The notes below the pieces were generated by a model, which worked only from the letters and a program-made list of their open reading frames with translations, did not search any database and was not told the origin of the DNA. A stretch of DNA of 64,000 nt from Setoptus koraiensis (taxonomy: Eukaryota > Animalia > Arthropoda), in assembly GCA_048013815.1 (NCBI GenBank), contig CM106585.1, positions 2,604,001 through 2,668,000 on the forward strand, given 5' to 3'. Each line of letters opens with the position of its first letter. The stretch's first letter is position 1. The position numbers and the translations under genes are program-made. Below, in pieces: positions 52,552 through 64,000 of the stretch.

Positions 52552-53494
52552 ATGATGAATAGCCACAAGAATAATGGAGTTATCATACGATTCAATCAGG
52601 AACACAATTTGTTTTCTTGCTGTTCGGAAACTGGATGCCGACTATTCAGCCTAGATCCATTACACTTAAAGTTGTGTTTACAAGTTTCCGATGTTGGCAC
52701 ATTGTCCATTTGTGAAATGCTACATAGAACCAACCTATTGGCCTTGGTTGCTGGTGGCTCGAGGCCGAAATTTGCCGACAACACTGTTCTTATTTGGGAT
52801 GATGCAATCAAAAGATTTGTTCTAGAATTCACTTTTTCATCTACCGTTTTAGCATTAAGAATGCGCAGAGACAAATTGATTGTAGCAGAAAGACATCAAT
52901 TACATTGCTTCACTATGCCCAACAATCCAACTAAACTATTTACTGTTACAACACGTGATAACCTAACTAGTCTGTTTGAAGTGAGTAGTTACACAAACTG
53001 TGAACGACAATTATTGTGCTTTCCAGGACACAAAATAGGATCCATACAAATTTTGGATTTGGCACATTGCGAACCAGGAGCCTCATCGTCACCAATATAC
53101 CTTAATGCGCACGAAAATGAAATTGCATGCCTTGCCCTCAACCAACAATCAACTCTGCTAGCTACTGCGAGTCAGAGAGGAACACTTATTAGGGTCTTTG
53201 ATACAACCAATCCAGCCAGAGTATTTCAAATAGTGGAATTGCGACGCGGAACTGATGCAGCAACGCTGTATTGTTTGAATTTCTCCCATAATTCCGAGTT
53301 CCTTTGTGCCTCCAGCGACAAAGGCACCGTACATATCTTTGCTCTCAAAGATGTTCACCTTAATAAAAGGTCAACCTTCAAACGAATGTCTTTCCTGGGT
53401 CATTACATAGAATCTCAGTGGGCATTAGCAAATTTCACCGTTGCAGCCGAGTGTGCTTGTATTTGTGCTTTTGGCTACAACAATACTGTATATG
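52552..53494 (+). CDS. WDR45: WDR45/WIPI4-like PROPPIN, exon 1
   Basis: RFNQEHNLFSCC, EMLHRTNLLALVAGGSRPKFADNTVLIWDD, AHENEIACLALNQQSTLLATASQRGTLIRVFDT, ELRRGTD (LRRG), SSDKGTVHIFALKD, YIESQWALANF. Donor G|GTAAGT at 53495. Confidence 0.92.
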
Positions 53495-53586
53495 GTAAGT
53501 ATTCATATCGGCTGGTAATTAATGCTGATATTGACTAAACTGAGCACTATTCTAATCTATACGATTTATACTCCCTATCACATCAG

Positions 53587-53702
53587 CCGCTTGTGTGGAT
53601 GGCACTTTCACAAAATACAGTTTTGGGACGGACGGCAGCTGCTCCAGAGACACCTTTGATATTTTCGCCGACATGTCGGACATAGATGCTCAAGAAAAAT
53701 GA
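53587..53702 (+). CDS. WDR45: WDR45/WIPI4-like, exon 2
   Basis: After a 92-bp intron (53495-53586, ...CATCAG): (A)ACVDGTFTKYSFGTDGSCSRDTFDIFADMSDIDAQEK*, matching the WDR45 C-terminus ([25 protein letters not shown]). Not in the ORF track. Confidence 0.88.
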
Positions 53703-54200
53703 TAGAATAGTATATGTTGTTAATATCTGACCCTCGACATTTATAAGATAAACCAAGCTTGGTTGCGCAAAAAGCAACCAAGCGACCTCACACCACGAAA
53801 GCTAATCGATAACATCGGGGGCTGAGCGCGTTTATTTTCCTCCCTTTCCTGATTTTCTTTGATTTCATGATCAATTTATGAGCTGATTATATGGCATAAG
53901 ATCAAAACCTTCCTGTTTGATGTATTAGTCGCGTGATAAAAGCTCCAAAAGAGTTCTCGACTCTTATGCACAAGCCGAGCTGATAAAAACATTCAATTTT
54001 CGCGCTGAAATTCACGCAGTTGCAGGACAGACTCGCGCTTCGGCTTTGCTAATCAGCAGAGAAATGCTTATTAGCGCTTTTTCCATTTTTGCTTAATGAA
54101 TAAATTTACATCTGGAACCTCATCTGTCAATATTATCATCTTTTATGATACATGTTATCATACCTCATATTTCATTCTTTTATTACTGACGTTACATACA

Positions 54201-55664
54201 ATGACGTCGCCGCCAAGGCAGTTAAAATTGATAATCAAAGTGAGTGGATCTAACACCTCCACCACTACCTATCAGCAAGTGACATCACCTGCAACCAGTC
54301 ACACTGCACACCATGAGATTCTCGGCGAGGAACAACAACATCAAACTATTCCCCCGCTAAATATCAATTTAAAGAAGAAAAAGAAAAAGAAGAAGCACAA
54401 ACACAAACATAAGCATCATCACCACCATCATCACCATCATCAGCACAACCACCATCAGCCCAAACTTGAGCATCAACCTGATAAACATTTGGAACAGCTA
54501 GATCAATTGCAACAACCACTAGAACAACAACTAGATCAAGTGGCACTACAGCCCGGACCCCCACAGCTGGACATCAATGAGATAATTGATCATTCAGAGC
54601 AATTGCTAGAAATAGACCAAAAAGCACAACTCGAACCACCGGAGTTGGATTTGTCGGAGATAATCGACGAGCCCATGCAACTCGACGAACAACCAGAGGA
54701 AACACTCGATAATAACTTGCATGAAACGGATGCTTTACATCAAGAGGGGCCCCCCGATACAACCGAGGTATTCACAACTAAATCTATAACTGACATACGA
54801 AAGAACGGTGTTCATCTATCGTTCCTGAGACAAAAACCAGACTCAAGCACTAGCTTGGCCATTCTTGGAACCAACTTATGTGTCGAAGACGAAGAACCTT
54901 CCTCGGATGGCGAATACCAGGAAAAAATTATCAATCTCGAAACGTTGTGTGGAAAATTAACAGATGGCCTTGAGGTGCTCCCCACGCAGATCGAAGATGA
55001 GTTAGAGGACTCTAAAATCAAGATGGTTGAAACAGTAGAATCCACCGCTTATTCGTCATATCTACCCTCGAAAGATTCCACATTTGCCAATCTCAGTGAA
55101 GAGGATTCGAAGATTTTGTTAACTGTTTATGGGAATGATCCAGTTGGTTTTGATTACGCTAGAAGTTTACAAGATTTCGCCCAAGGCACAGATTACGTGA
55201 TGAACATGGTAGATTCATTGCTAGATTTATTGACCAATGGCAAACACAGACAAGAGGCAGTACCTATTAGGGAACGTTTGATTGAGAATAGTGATGCTCT
55301 TAGAGAGAATGGCAATGACGTTACAGAAGATGCCGGTGAAACACGAGAAAATGCCGATGACGTGAGAGAAAATAGCGATCCTACTAACCCTATGCCAACA
55401 AGTGAAGACACCGTTCAGAACGAATTAGATGAAATTGGTAAACTATTAGATGAACTCAAAGCACTACAGAATAAAAAATTATCCTCTTCCGCGGCCCCAT
55501 TGAAACCAAGTGAGAAGGAGGCCTCTATTGCCAATATGATATCAAGCAAATTGACCAAATTCATTGGTGAGTTTGCCAATCCCAACGACATTTGTGAGTC
55601 CTCGGCCATACATAAGGCATTGGGCATCAAAATTGAACCAGATCCCACGGTTACTATAAACTAA
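54201..55664 (+). CDS. BRD7/BRD9-family protein apparently lacking the bromodomain
   Basis: N-terminal LKLIIKVSG, a K/H-rich tract, LSFLRQKPDSSTSLAIL, LETLCGKL, and a DUF3512-type core YSSYLPSKDSTFANLSEEDSKILLTVYG...YARSLQDF...MVDSLLDLLTNGKH. Likely ATG at 54201. Confidence 0.8.
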   Translation: MTSPPRQLKLIIKVSGSNTSTTTYQQVTSPATSHTAHHEILGEEQQHQTIPPLNINLKKKKKKKKHKHKHKHHHHHHHHHQHNHHQPKLEHQPDKHLEQLDQLQQPLEQQLDQVALQPGPPQLDINEIIDHSEQLLEIDQKAQLEPPELDLSEIIDEPMQLDEQPEETLDNNLHETDALHQEGPPDTTEVFTTKSITDIRKNGVHLSFLRQKPDSSTSLAILGTNLCVEDEEPSSDGEYQEKIINLETLCGKLTDGLEVLPTQIEDELEDSKIKMVETVESTAYSSYLPSKDSTFANLSEEDSKILLTVYGNDPVGFDYARSLQDFAQGTDYVMNMVDSLLDLLTNGKHRQEAVPIRERLIENSDALRENGNDVTEDAGETRENADDVRENSDPTNPMPTSEDTVQNELDEIGKLLDELKALQNKKLSSSAAPLKPSEKEASIANMISSKLTKFIGEFANPNDICESSAIHKALGIKIEPDPTVTIN

Positions 55665-58600
55665 GTTTTAATATGTATAGTAAACACTCACAAATAGACA
55701 TAAAGATGCTCCAAATCAATTAATTGTCTTCAGTAAACTTAGTGCTTGATGTCTGTTTCTCTCACTGTCTTGTGGAAGCGACTCTATTTCAAGCAACCGA
55801 TCTTAGTAGCGATCACTTCATGGAAATTATATTTCATGTGTCGATGTCAATGAACGATGTGTCAAAGATGATGTGATTGAAACCTTTTATTTACAGCAAA
55901 CAGTAGATTGGGAAGAATATCTGTTTACTTGTGAAATAGAACTTGCTAGAAGCCTACAACATACAATCGCGACGCTCGGCATTATTGACGCCGTGCAGTA
56001 TGGACCAAAACAAACGTTTGACACTGATATGAATGTTTCAAAAAGCAGTGCTGTATCAATCAAACAAACAACAAGTTCTTGGAGACTAAAAGTTTTGGGT
56101 CCTGCGAAGTTGGACGCTATTCACGTCATCGCGCCCTCCTTTGGAGACAGGTCACAAATTTATCACACCACAAAATGGAGCGCACTTGGTTTACTCAACT
56201 GAACAGCTACCACTAGAAATAGCTTAAATCCGTTCTGATATTGATTTTAATCGTTGCGAAGCGATGTAGCTATCTAATGAGAACTACGAGGCAACTCAGC
56301 TAATAATAATGATGAATTTCCCAAACAGTTTTGAATAGCATCCAACTTCCTTTTGCTTGCGTCCCGATCTGATGTAACTACCTTTTTATTACCTCAAGTA
56401 CGAGGCCCAAAACGGCGCCAAATAAATTGACCAACAAGTTGAACGAAACGAATTGACCACTAAGACGTTAAGAGACAGAGTTGGAGGATGGTGGACCATT
56501 TTTGGTTTTAACTGTTGGAAACTGTCATCTATTACCTAGGTTCGCTCGATATCAGATGCATCAATGACATCGGACATAGCATCAACGGCGACATCACCGT
56601 GAGCCATTGCTCCGTCACTAATAGATCTGATGATACTTGTTTAGTAGAGGAAATAACTAAACTTACTCGGTGAGTTGAACGGACCGCAGTATGAAAAAAT
56701 TATCTTCTCCCGCAGCCTTATAGAACTGTAGGTGTTCACCTGTTGAGTAGTGACAATTATTGAAACATTTTATTCGCGGCAAAAGAAAGATAATTAAAAC
56801 AGCAAATATCTGTTTGTTTGCAAGCAACAACCGCATCGGAGCTTCCTTCCTCTCTTCCCAACTCTGCCTGCCTATAACCACTTGGAAAACCAGATTTCCT
56901 TCCTTCCATATCTTGATTGTTAGCACTAGCACCAGAGATACCTCAGGTATCAGATGCGACCGTGCGCTTAATTGTTGTTGTTTGGTCGTTTCGTCTATTT
57001 TGTGACCGGATATAGCGCTTCGTGTAAGTGATTATGACGACCGTGGCATACAAGAAGACGCAATGTTAGCAGTGTTATAAGATCAACATAGCTGATATAC
57101 TGAGAGTATATCAGTGGTGCTCTTGACCTTAGTGTTTCGACCACTTGGCATCATTTCGTCACACATAAGTGCTGATTATAAATGCAAATTACACTTTTAT
57201 TATTGTTGTTATGCAATGACACATTATCATCTTACTTGAGATTCCTTTATCATTATATGGCTTGTATGTCATGGTTAACGTAACAACGCAACGACAGGGC
57301 AACAGAGAGCAGCCACTTACAGACAGAAAGCAAATGTCATTGGTGAGTTGGAGCAAAAGCAAAGTTTGTGCTCTCTGGTGCGTGCTCACCAACTATTTAG
57401 AGAGATGGCATCACAGCGAGAGAAATAACAAACAACAACAATATCTCTGTCTGTTTGACGCTGACAAACTGGCCCAAGTCGACCGACCATGGTAGACAAA
57501 ATTTAGGTTGGCCCAATGTGCGTTGGGCATGCACTCGCAAACAACGGATCGAATAAAAGTTATTATATTATATAACATCAAATAAGAACTTATTTCGAGT
57601 GCACAGGTGATGATGCAGTTTTGATGTGCATAGACATAGTGACATAACTCTTATTGTAAGGCATCTGTGACTGGTGCGAGCAGTATTTATATTTGCAAGT
57701 CCTTTGTTGTCGCATCTTGTGCGAGGTTAAGACAAAACTTGACGCTGTTAGTTGTAGGTAGTCACAAGTGATCATGTCCAGCAATGTTGCTGGTCAGTGG
57801 TGAGTATCGTTCTGGAGCGACGCCTTCCATTTAACAATAATCTGGTGTTGCTGTTGGTGCAGCCCGGATCAAAGGTGCACCCTTGTCGTTTTGCATCCGG
57901 ATTTGCGTTCGGCGGCACAATGGCCCAACAGCACACGTCTTTCAGTGATCATAAGCCATGGCCAGCTGGTGTGACTTTTATCCGGGCATCATCATAATGT
58001 CGCCTGATGCTAATATTTGAATAATTCAACACAAATTCAACACACGCAGCATTGCAATCCGTGGACCATAGATTGACAGTTGCAACGTTGCGGCAGCTAT
58101 TATTATTGCTATTGCTATTACTATTATTGAATCATCACAATGATGGAAGATTATCAATTTAGTTATAGCAGTCAATTTGCAGGTAAATTTATGGTTAGAT
58201 TAGGCCAGTAAATGTCTCGTCGGATTGCTGTAAGATGTTGCTGTAGCAGTTGCTGTTGGTTGGCCAACCACCGACCAAGTGGCCGCTGCTATAGGTCGGT
58301 GGTATGCGGGCGCAACGAAGGCGCAATTGTCAAATGGTCATGAGTCATGAGGCAAACGAAGAACACAATTCGGCACTAACCTGTTGATTCATTTGTTTGT
58401 CTGCGATAAATTTAGAAGGCGACAGTCGCCTGTCGCCAGTCAACAGTCGCTGGTCACTCGCAAACTAATGTGTTCGGCAGGTGTGCGTGTGTGTGTGTGT
58501 CGACCAAAAACAACACGACAGAAGAAGACGGAAATGATGAGGGAAAGAGACAGGTAAATAGAGACGACTTGTGTGTGATTGAGTTGGTCAATAATAATGT

Positions 58601-59699
58601 CTCTGCAAACTGCACACATGCGGCGACCAAGACTCTCCTTGGGTCTGCTTGTTTGCTCCATGTTTGTCCGCTAATACTCTCGCGAATAGCCAATGATTTA
58701 ATAACACAGCGCAATATCTTCAATCAGCAAAAACTGGCCACTAATAACAGCGATTATGTTGCGCAACTCAGCAGCCGTCACCGTGAGCAGCATCGGCATC
58801 AACAACAACAACAGCAACAACAACAGCAACAATAACAGCAACAACAACAGCAACATGGCCAACAGGCCACGGAGGAGAGACAATAATAGTTGTCATAGTG
58901 ACACATAGCTTTCGAACGGCAATTGTTCTTTTCTTCTTTGCGTTGCTCAACAACAAAAACAGCAACAACAACAATAATAATAATCATACACTCTCACGGC
59001 GAACATTATTAGAAATGTTGCCGAATGCGGGCCGAATTGGAATCAGACTGGACCGACGGGCCAGCAACACCAACAACGGCTAATAGGCGTGTAATGATGA
59101 ACGACCCTGTTCGGTATGTGTGCCGATTCTCTCTCTATTAATGATCGGTCGGTCGGTCCCCACCGGGCGCCATTATCAGTTTGCGCCGCTCGAAGGTCGA
59201 GGTCACGAAGGCCCCGTGATTGTGCGCAAACACGGGTCACTCTTGTGTTGGCCGGCCCAATCCCGCGACCAGGGTTGCCGCGGCCCGACGGGCCCCTAAC
59301 ACTAACATATACCAATATATATTGATATTGGGGCAATACATTTTCCATTTCGGAGGTTGTGCGCGAACACACATTGCGTTTAAGCTGTCGCTCGGGCGAC
59401 TGGAGGGCCCTCGTTCTTTGGAACGCTGGCTTGGTCGGTAATTCGAGGCGAAGAATGCGCGTTCGGCGCAGCCATTCAGCATTCGGCATTGCTGGCCAGG
59501 TCCGGCCGGCCATTGGCGAGTTCCTCCCGACACACACATACACAATAAACTATTAGATTAGATGGTGGCAATTGTGCGCGATCAATCAGCGCCAACGTGC
59601 ACAACAACACACACAGTGATACTCACAACAACATTCACAACAACATTCACAACGATATACACAACGATGTATGCAACAGGCAGCGACGACCCCCGTCTG

Positions 59700-61300
59700 A
59701 CAGTGCCAACAGTTTCGAGTTTGGTGGGGCGAACGAGCGAGAGTGAATAGCAGCGCAAACCGCTGCACAAACAGAGCGACCGCTCTTGAGTTACCTGGCC
59801 GCTTGTTTGCATATTGCAGCAACATGTGGGCCAGCACGCGAACCCGACCGAGGGCGAGCAGCGGCCGAAAAAGAAGCGAGCGCGAGCAGAGGCCGAGAAA
59901 GAAGCGAACGCGACCAGCGGCGAGCGGCGCGAAAAGCCAACGGAACGAATCGCCAGTGCCGAAGGGGGCGCCCCGGCGTTGCGATGGCACGCACACCGGC
60001 CGCATTAGCGGCCGGGGCACCACGTGTTGCTCGGGAGGCCGGTGGTGCGCGCGTTTCGGGCCGGCGCCGGCATGCTCCATTTATGCAGATGAGAGGGGAT
60101 TGTGTGCGCGAATGCGGGCCGAGTGTGTGAAAGGTTTTGGCGTTTGGTGCGGCCCGCACAGTTCCCACAATCGCGAGCACAACTGTCGTTGTCGCGATTG
60201 TCGCAAGCTGACCGCTGCAACACATGAATGGCCAGAAGTTATGGTGTCACTGGCTGACACTGTCGTCGCTGTTGGGGCTGTCGGCCGGTCGGCCGGTCGG
60301 GAGAAGGAGTGCAGCGGCTACCGGCGGCGCACTGCGAGCGCAGCGTCCGAGGCGTTCGGAGCGTTCGGGGCGTTCGGGGCGTTCGAGGCGTTCGAACTGC
60401 GCCGGCGACAGCGAGCGCAACAGCGCCGGCCATAGCGGCAGGAATTCGAACGCGAACGCCAACTCGAGTGCGACCGCCGCCCGAATGCCAATGCAACCGA
60501 TGCGGCGGCCGCGGCCGCGACAACTGCGCCGCAAATCGATACACATTCATTGAGCGAGATTCCTCGGCCGCCGGTTCTTTTGTTCGGCGTCGCGAAGCCT
60601 CTCGCTGGCAGCTCCATTGAGCGTGGAATCAATGTTAAACAAGGGCAACGCCAAAAGTTTCTCCTGGCCGCCGCCGTCGCTCTCGCTGGCCCGAGTTTCC
60701 CACGCCGCGCCACTCAAACGGACAATCTGCCGCCGAGCGGCTCATACTAACTCCATGCTGACTCAGTACGCTAACCACTCTCTTTCCGCGACAAACAACG
60801 CCAGATCACACACACACAACATCGATCGGCCTCGTTTTCCTTCGTTTTCGTCGCGCTCCACTTGCCCGCTCGCACCGCGGCCCGGCCCGCCGCCGGAGGG
60901 CGCCACTCGCTCGCGCTCATGTGTGCAGCGCGACTACGCCGGGCCCCGCTCGCCGGCCCAAGCGAACACATTGGGCCGACGCGAGTGCGGCCAATGCGAG
61001 CCAGACCCCTCGGACATGCCAGTGTCGCTGTCCGTGGCGCACTCGCGGCCTCTCGGCCCGAGATTCTCAGCCCGAGATTCACAGGGCTTGTGTGCCAGGC
61101 CCGGCGGCGGGACGGGATTATCGTGATTATACATTTTGTGGCGCACTGTGATTAATCGTCGCGGCGAAACGGAAAAAAAATGCGTGCGAATGGCGGCCCG
61201 AGCGGCCTCATCAATTCGCGCCGCGAGTTTGTTCGTGAGCGCAACAGTTTAATTACGATGATGTCAGCAGCTAGTCGACGACGGGCCCGGCGTGAACTAT
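59700..61300. other. GC/CpG-rich non-coding block (possible promoter or 5' region of a large gene)
   Basis: Marked rise in CG/GC content. Many overlapping Arg/Ala-rich ORFs on both strands, none with a recognisable domain. Confidence 0.4.
60351..60396. repeat. 9-bp tandem repeat (GCGTTCGRR)
   Basis: GCGTTCGGA GCGTTCGGG GCGTTCGGG GCGTTCGAG GCGTTCGAA. Confidence 0.85.
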
Positions 61301-61572
61301 TGGGCGGCTATTATGACGAGTGTCGCGACAGTTTACGACGGCAAAGTTCATCAACTTGGCGCTGCACAATAAACAATTGATTAATTAATCTCGCACAATC
61401 AGAGGCGACAAGTTTGTTTGTCATTTGTTTGCACTGGCGGCGGCGGCAATTGCGCAGTCTGTTTCGTGTCGAATGGTGCACCCATTGTACAAATGAATAA
61501 TTGTGTGCGCTTGTCATAATTGCGATATAATGATAATATGATGCAATTTAGTGTGATACGTTACAGTGCCAT

Positions 61573-61654
61573 GATATGTTGTGGTGCGATATGTTGTGGT
61601 GCGATAAGTTGTAGTGCGATATGTTGTAGTGTGATATATTATGGTGTGATATGG
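61573..61654. repeat. 15-bp minisatellite (GATATGTTGTRGTGY), 5+ copies
   Basis: Units start at 61573, 61588, 61603, 61618 and 61633. Confidence 0.9.
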
Positions 61655-62910
61655 CGAGACACAAAGCGACGCAATGTGATGCGTGGGCGACCGCAATCAG
61701 CCATGCGACGCGCTGTTCACATGCAATTGTTATGTAACATGTTTGTGCGGCCATGTGGCAAGACATGTTACATAATGGGGCGCACCGGCCCCGTCGCCTA
61801 GCAATGCCAATCGGTCACATCTCGACAGGCCCGCCTTGTGTTGCCATCAGCGAGCTTGCGTGGTTTATGGCGCTGCAAGCGCCAGATGGGGGAGCCCAGG
61901 CAGCTCGTGGGTTTGTCGTGTTACACGGTAGCAATTACAGTATGTGGGCATACAAACAGTTGATGCAACAACGGAGTTGATACAAATCATCATCGCGAGT
62001 CGCGACACAAAAATGAAATACGCCGGCGATGCGTATTTTGCGGATTGTCCGCATCCACACGCCGTATGTAGTGCCAAAATGCCAGATTGTATATGGTCAG
62101 TGGATGTCGCTTGTGGCTCGCAAGTCACAACGTTTGTGCAAGCTGCTGGCCAGCCAACAAACGAGCGAGGTGTGATTGACCCGTGGCTCATTTTTGTCAC
62201 GAGTCACGAGTTGCGACCACGAGTTTTGCAGTCGACCTCTCGTGTTGTGGACGTTGTGCCAGCGGCAACTGGCCCCACACAATCAAGCACAACCAACCAG
62301 CGGCTTGATTGGACGACGACACCCCGCACAAGAGTACAAGAGCCAGGTGACACCGTTAGCCGGGGTCACAGTTAACAGGGTCTGTTGTTGCAGTTATTAA
62401 TCATGCGTCATCATTTGACATCATGAGCAGTCACAATCAGCAGCAATGTACAATGTGTAACGGATATAATAACGGATAACCCGCGATGACCGGCCCAACA
62501 GCTGACAGTGTCATGCCGATCGACCATCGATTTGTGGCATGTGCCCTTGCGTAAAACGTGCAACATAAATGCAACAACCGCAACAGGAAATGGCCATTCA
62601 AGTGGCACTCGCCGCTTGCATGATAATATCATGCATGCAAATGATATCATGATGATAATAACGGGCCCAAAACAGTAATAACAATAATGTCTGGCTCGGC
62701 CATTTCAATTGTTTTGCGGGTTTTGAACTCTGTGCCCACTGTCACGCCGATGACGATAAGCGCCCCCGTGACTCGCCAGTCATGGCTCACGTCGGCGTGC
62801 CCAGTGACCCGCAAGGTCTCGCTACTGACCCGTCAGCTTGCGCCCACCTCTCGCCGACAACAATAGCGGCGCTCCCACTTCGGGCCGGCAATCGTTACAA
62901 TTGCCGCCTG

Positions 62911-62977
62911 GCTCCGATCGCGGGCACCGATCGCGCGCTCCGATCGCTGGCACCGATCGCGCGCTCCGATCGCTGGC
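62911..62977. repeat. CCGATCGC-based 12/13-bp tandem repeat
   Basis: Five CCGATCGC cores alternating with GCT/GCA linkers. Confidence 0.85.
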
Positions 62978-63788
62978 AATTATCAATGCGCCCATCATTA
63001 CGCAATGAGGAAGGAATCGTCGATGGGCGCACCGATAATTAGCGGCCAGGGTCGTCGCGAGCTTCGTTCTCGAGTGCAACGCAATTAGCATTTTTTAGCG
63101 TGCTTTCGTTGAATAACCGTGAATTTGGCAACCGCTGCCGCCGACAATGTCACAGACTAATATATGTGAGTTTTCCAGCAATGCGCCACAAACATGCCAA
63201 CGTTGGCAGACGGCGACAATAATCAATTATTGTCGTTTTCTCGCTCATTGATAATTGTATAAAACACTCACTGTTGCCGCATTATTATGTCAGCGACGAT
63301 GGCAAGCTCGCTCAGTCGGTTGAGGGGCGCATTTTCGTCTCGTTGTCGTCGTCTCTTCGTTGCAACCTTCCGATGGCGAGACGGTGCAACAGTGCGGCAG
63401 CGCGACGGTGCAACGGTGATAAGACGATGCGGCGAGCCGTGCCAATATGCTCTGAGGTGCACATGCAAAGCAGCCCTCGATGGAGCGAAACGCATGGACA
63501 TGAGCTCGGCAGAACGGATATATTCGCTGCTGCTGTTGCTGCCGTGAGGCGCTCCACAATTTACAAGCGATATCTCGGCGAGGCTTGTCAAATGCTAAAC
63601 ATAGACAATAAAGAGTTTAGCTGGCTCAGTATTCAAATGCTGGCTGGCTGGCTGGCTGGCTGGCGGCTGATGGTAGCAGCAGTAATTTGATGGGGTGTTT
63701 GTGCGGTCGTGCAATGACGTCAATTTGGAGCATAAATATTAAGTGATACACATCTCTGTATATGTGCTTGCTTGTTATGTGCGCACTT

Positions 63789-63887
63789 GAGGGATATATC
63801 TATACGAGGGATATGTATATACGAGGGATATGTATATATGAGGGATATACATATACGAGCGATGTACATATACGAGGGATATATATG
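63789..63887. repeat. 17-bp minisatellite (GAGGGATATRYATATAC), ~6 copies
   Basis: Repeated GAGGGATA...TATAC units. Confidence 0.88.
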
Positions 63888-64000
63888 TAATATTTGATGC
63901 CTGTATGTATATATATCCCTCAAACATATAAGCATGTAACTTGCATGATGTAAGGGTATTTATAAATATGTTTACGACTCATGAGAGCTGCTCGTGATAC

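Noticed and set aside
55873-57500. Short ORFs and possible minus-strand exons (e.g. FVSFNLLVNLFGAVL)
   Set aside because: Could not assemble a consistent spliced frame or recognise a family.
59043-63690. Arg/Ala-rich ORFs of up to 230 aa
   Set aside because: Expected by chance in GC-rich DNA; open in several frames at once with no domain signatures.

Overview
Eukaryotic (arthropod-type) genomic DNA. The mostly intronless housekeeping genes alongside one gene with multi-kb introns suggest a streamlined mite-like genome; this is inference only. Layout: (i) 1-9.8 kb holds SUCLG2 (partial), a RanBP1-domain gene, an LRR/TM gene cut by a 500-N gap, a ~2 kb extremely AT-rich block that looks like a garbled fold-back copy, a MAGE/Nse3 gene and cytosolic-type MetRS. 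(ii) 9.9-15.8 kb is a nested mobile-element cluster: a hAT-type MITE, a young 2.95-kb LTR element (102-bp LTRs, tRNA-Gln PBS, PPT, CTAG target duplication) carrying gag and an env-like 3' fragment but with pol replaced by a TIR element, and a second decayed env-like gene. (iii) 15.9-~34.2 kb is a giant catalytically dead GH18 chitinase-like gene with a ~10-kb terminal exon and three CBM14 domains. (iv) 39-55.7 kb is a dense housekeeping block: tRNA-Tyr, TMEM223, KIN17, ARP10, R2R3-Myb, spastin, tRNA-Trp, BMS1, RING1/Sce, WDR45 and a BRD7/9-like gene with no bromodomain. (v) 55.7-64 kb is low-complexity and GC-rich, with no protein I could recognise. All homology calls come from recognising motifs by eye; no database searches were run.
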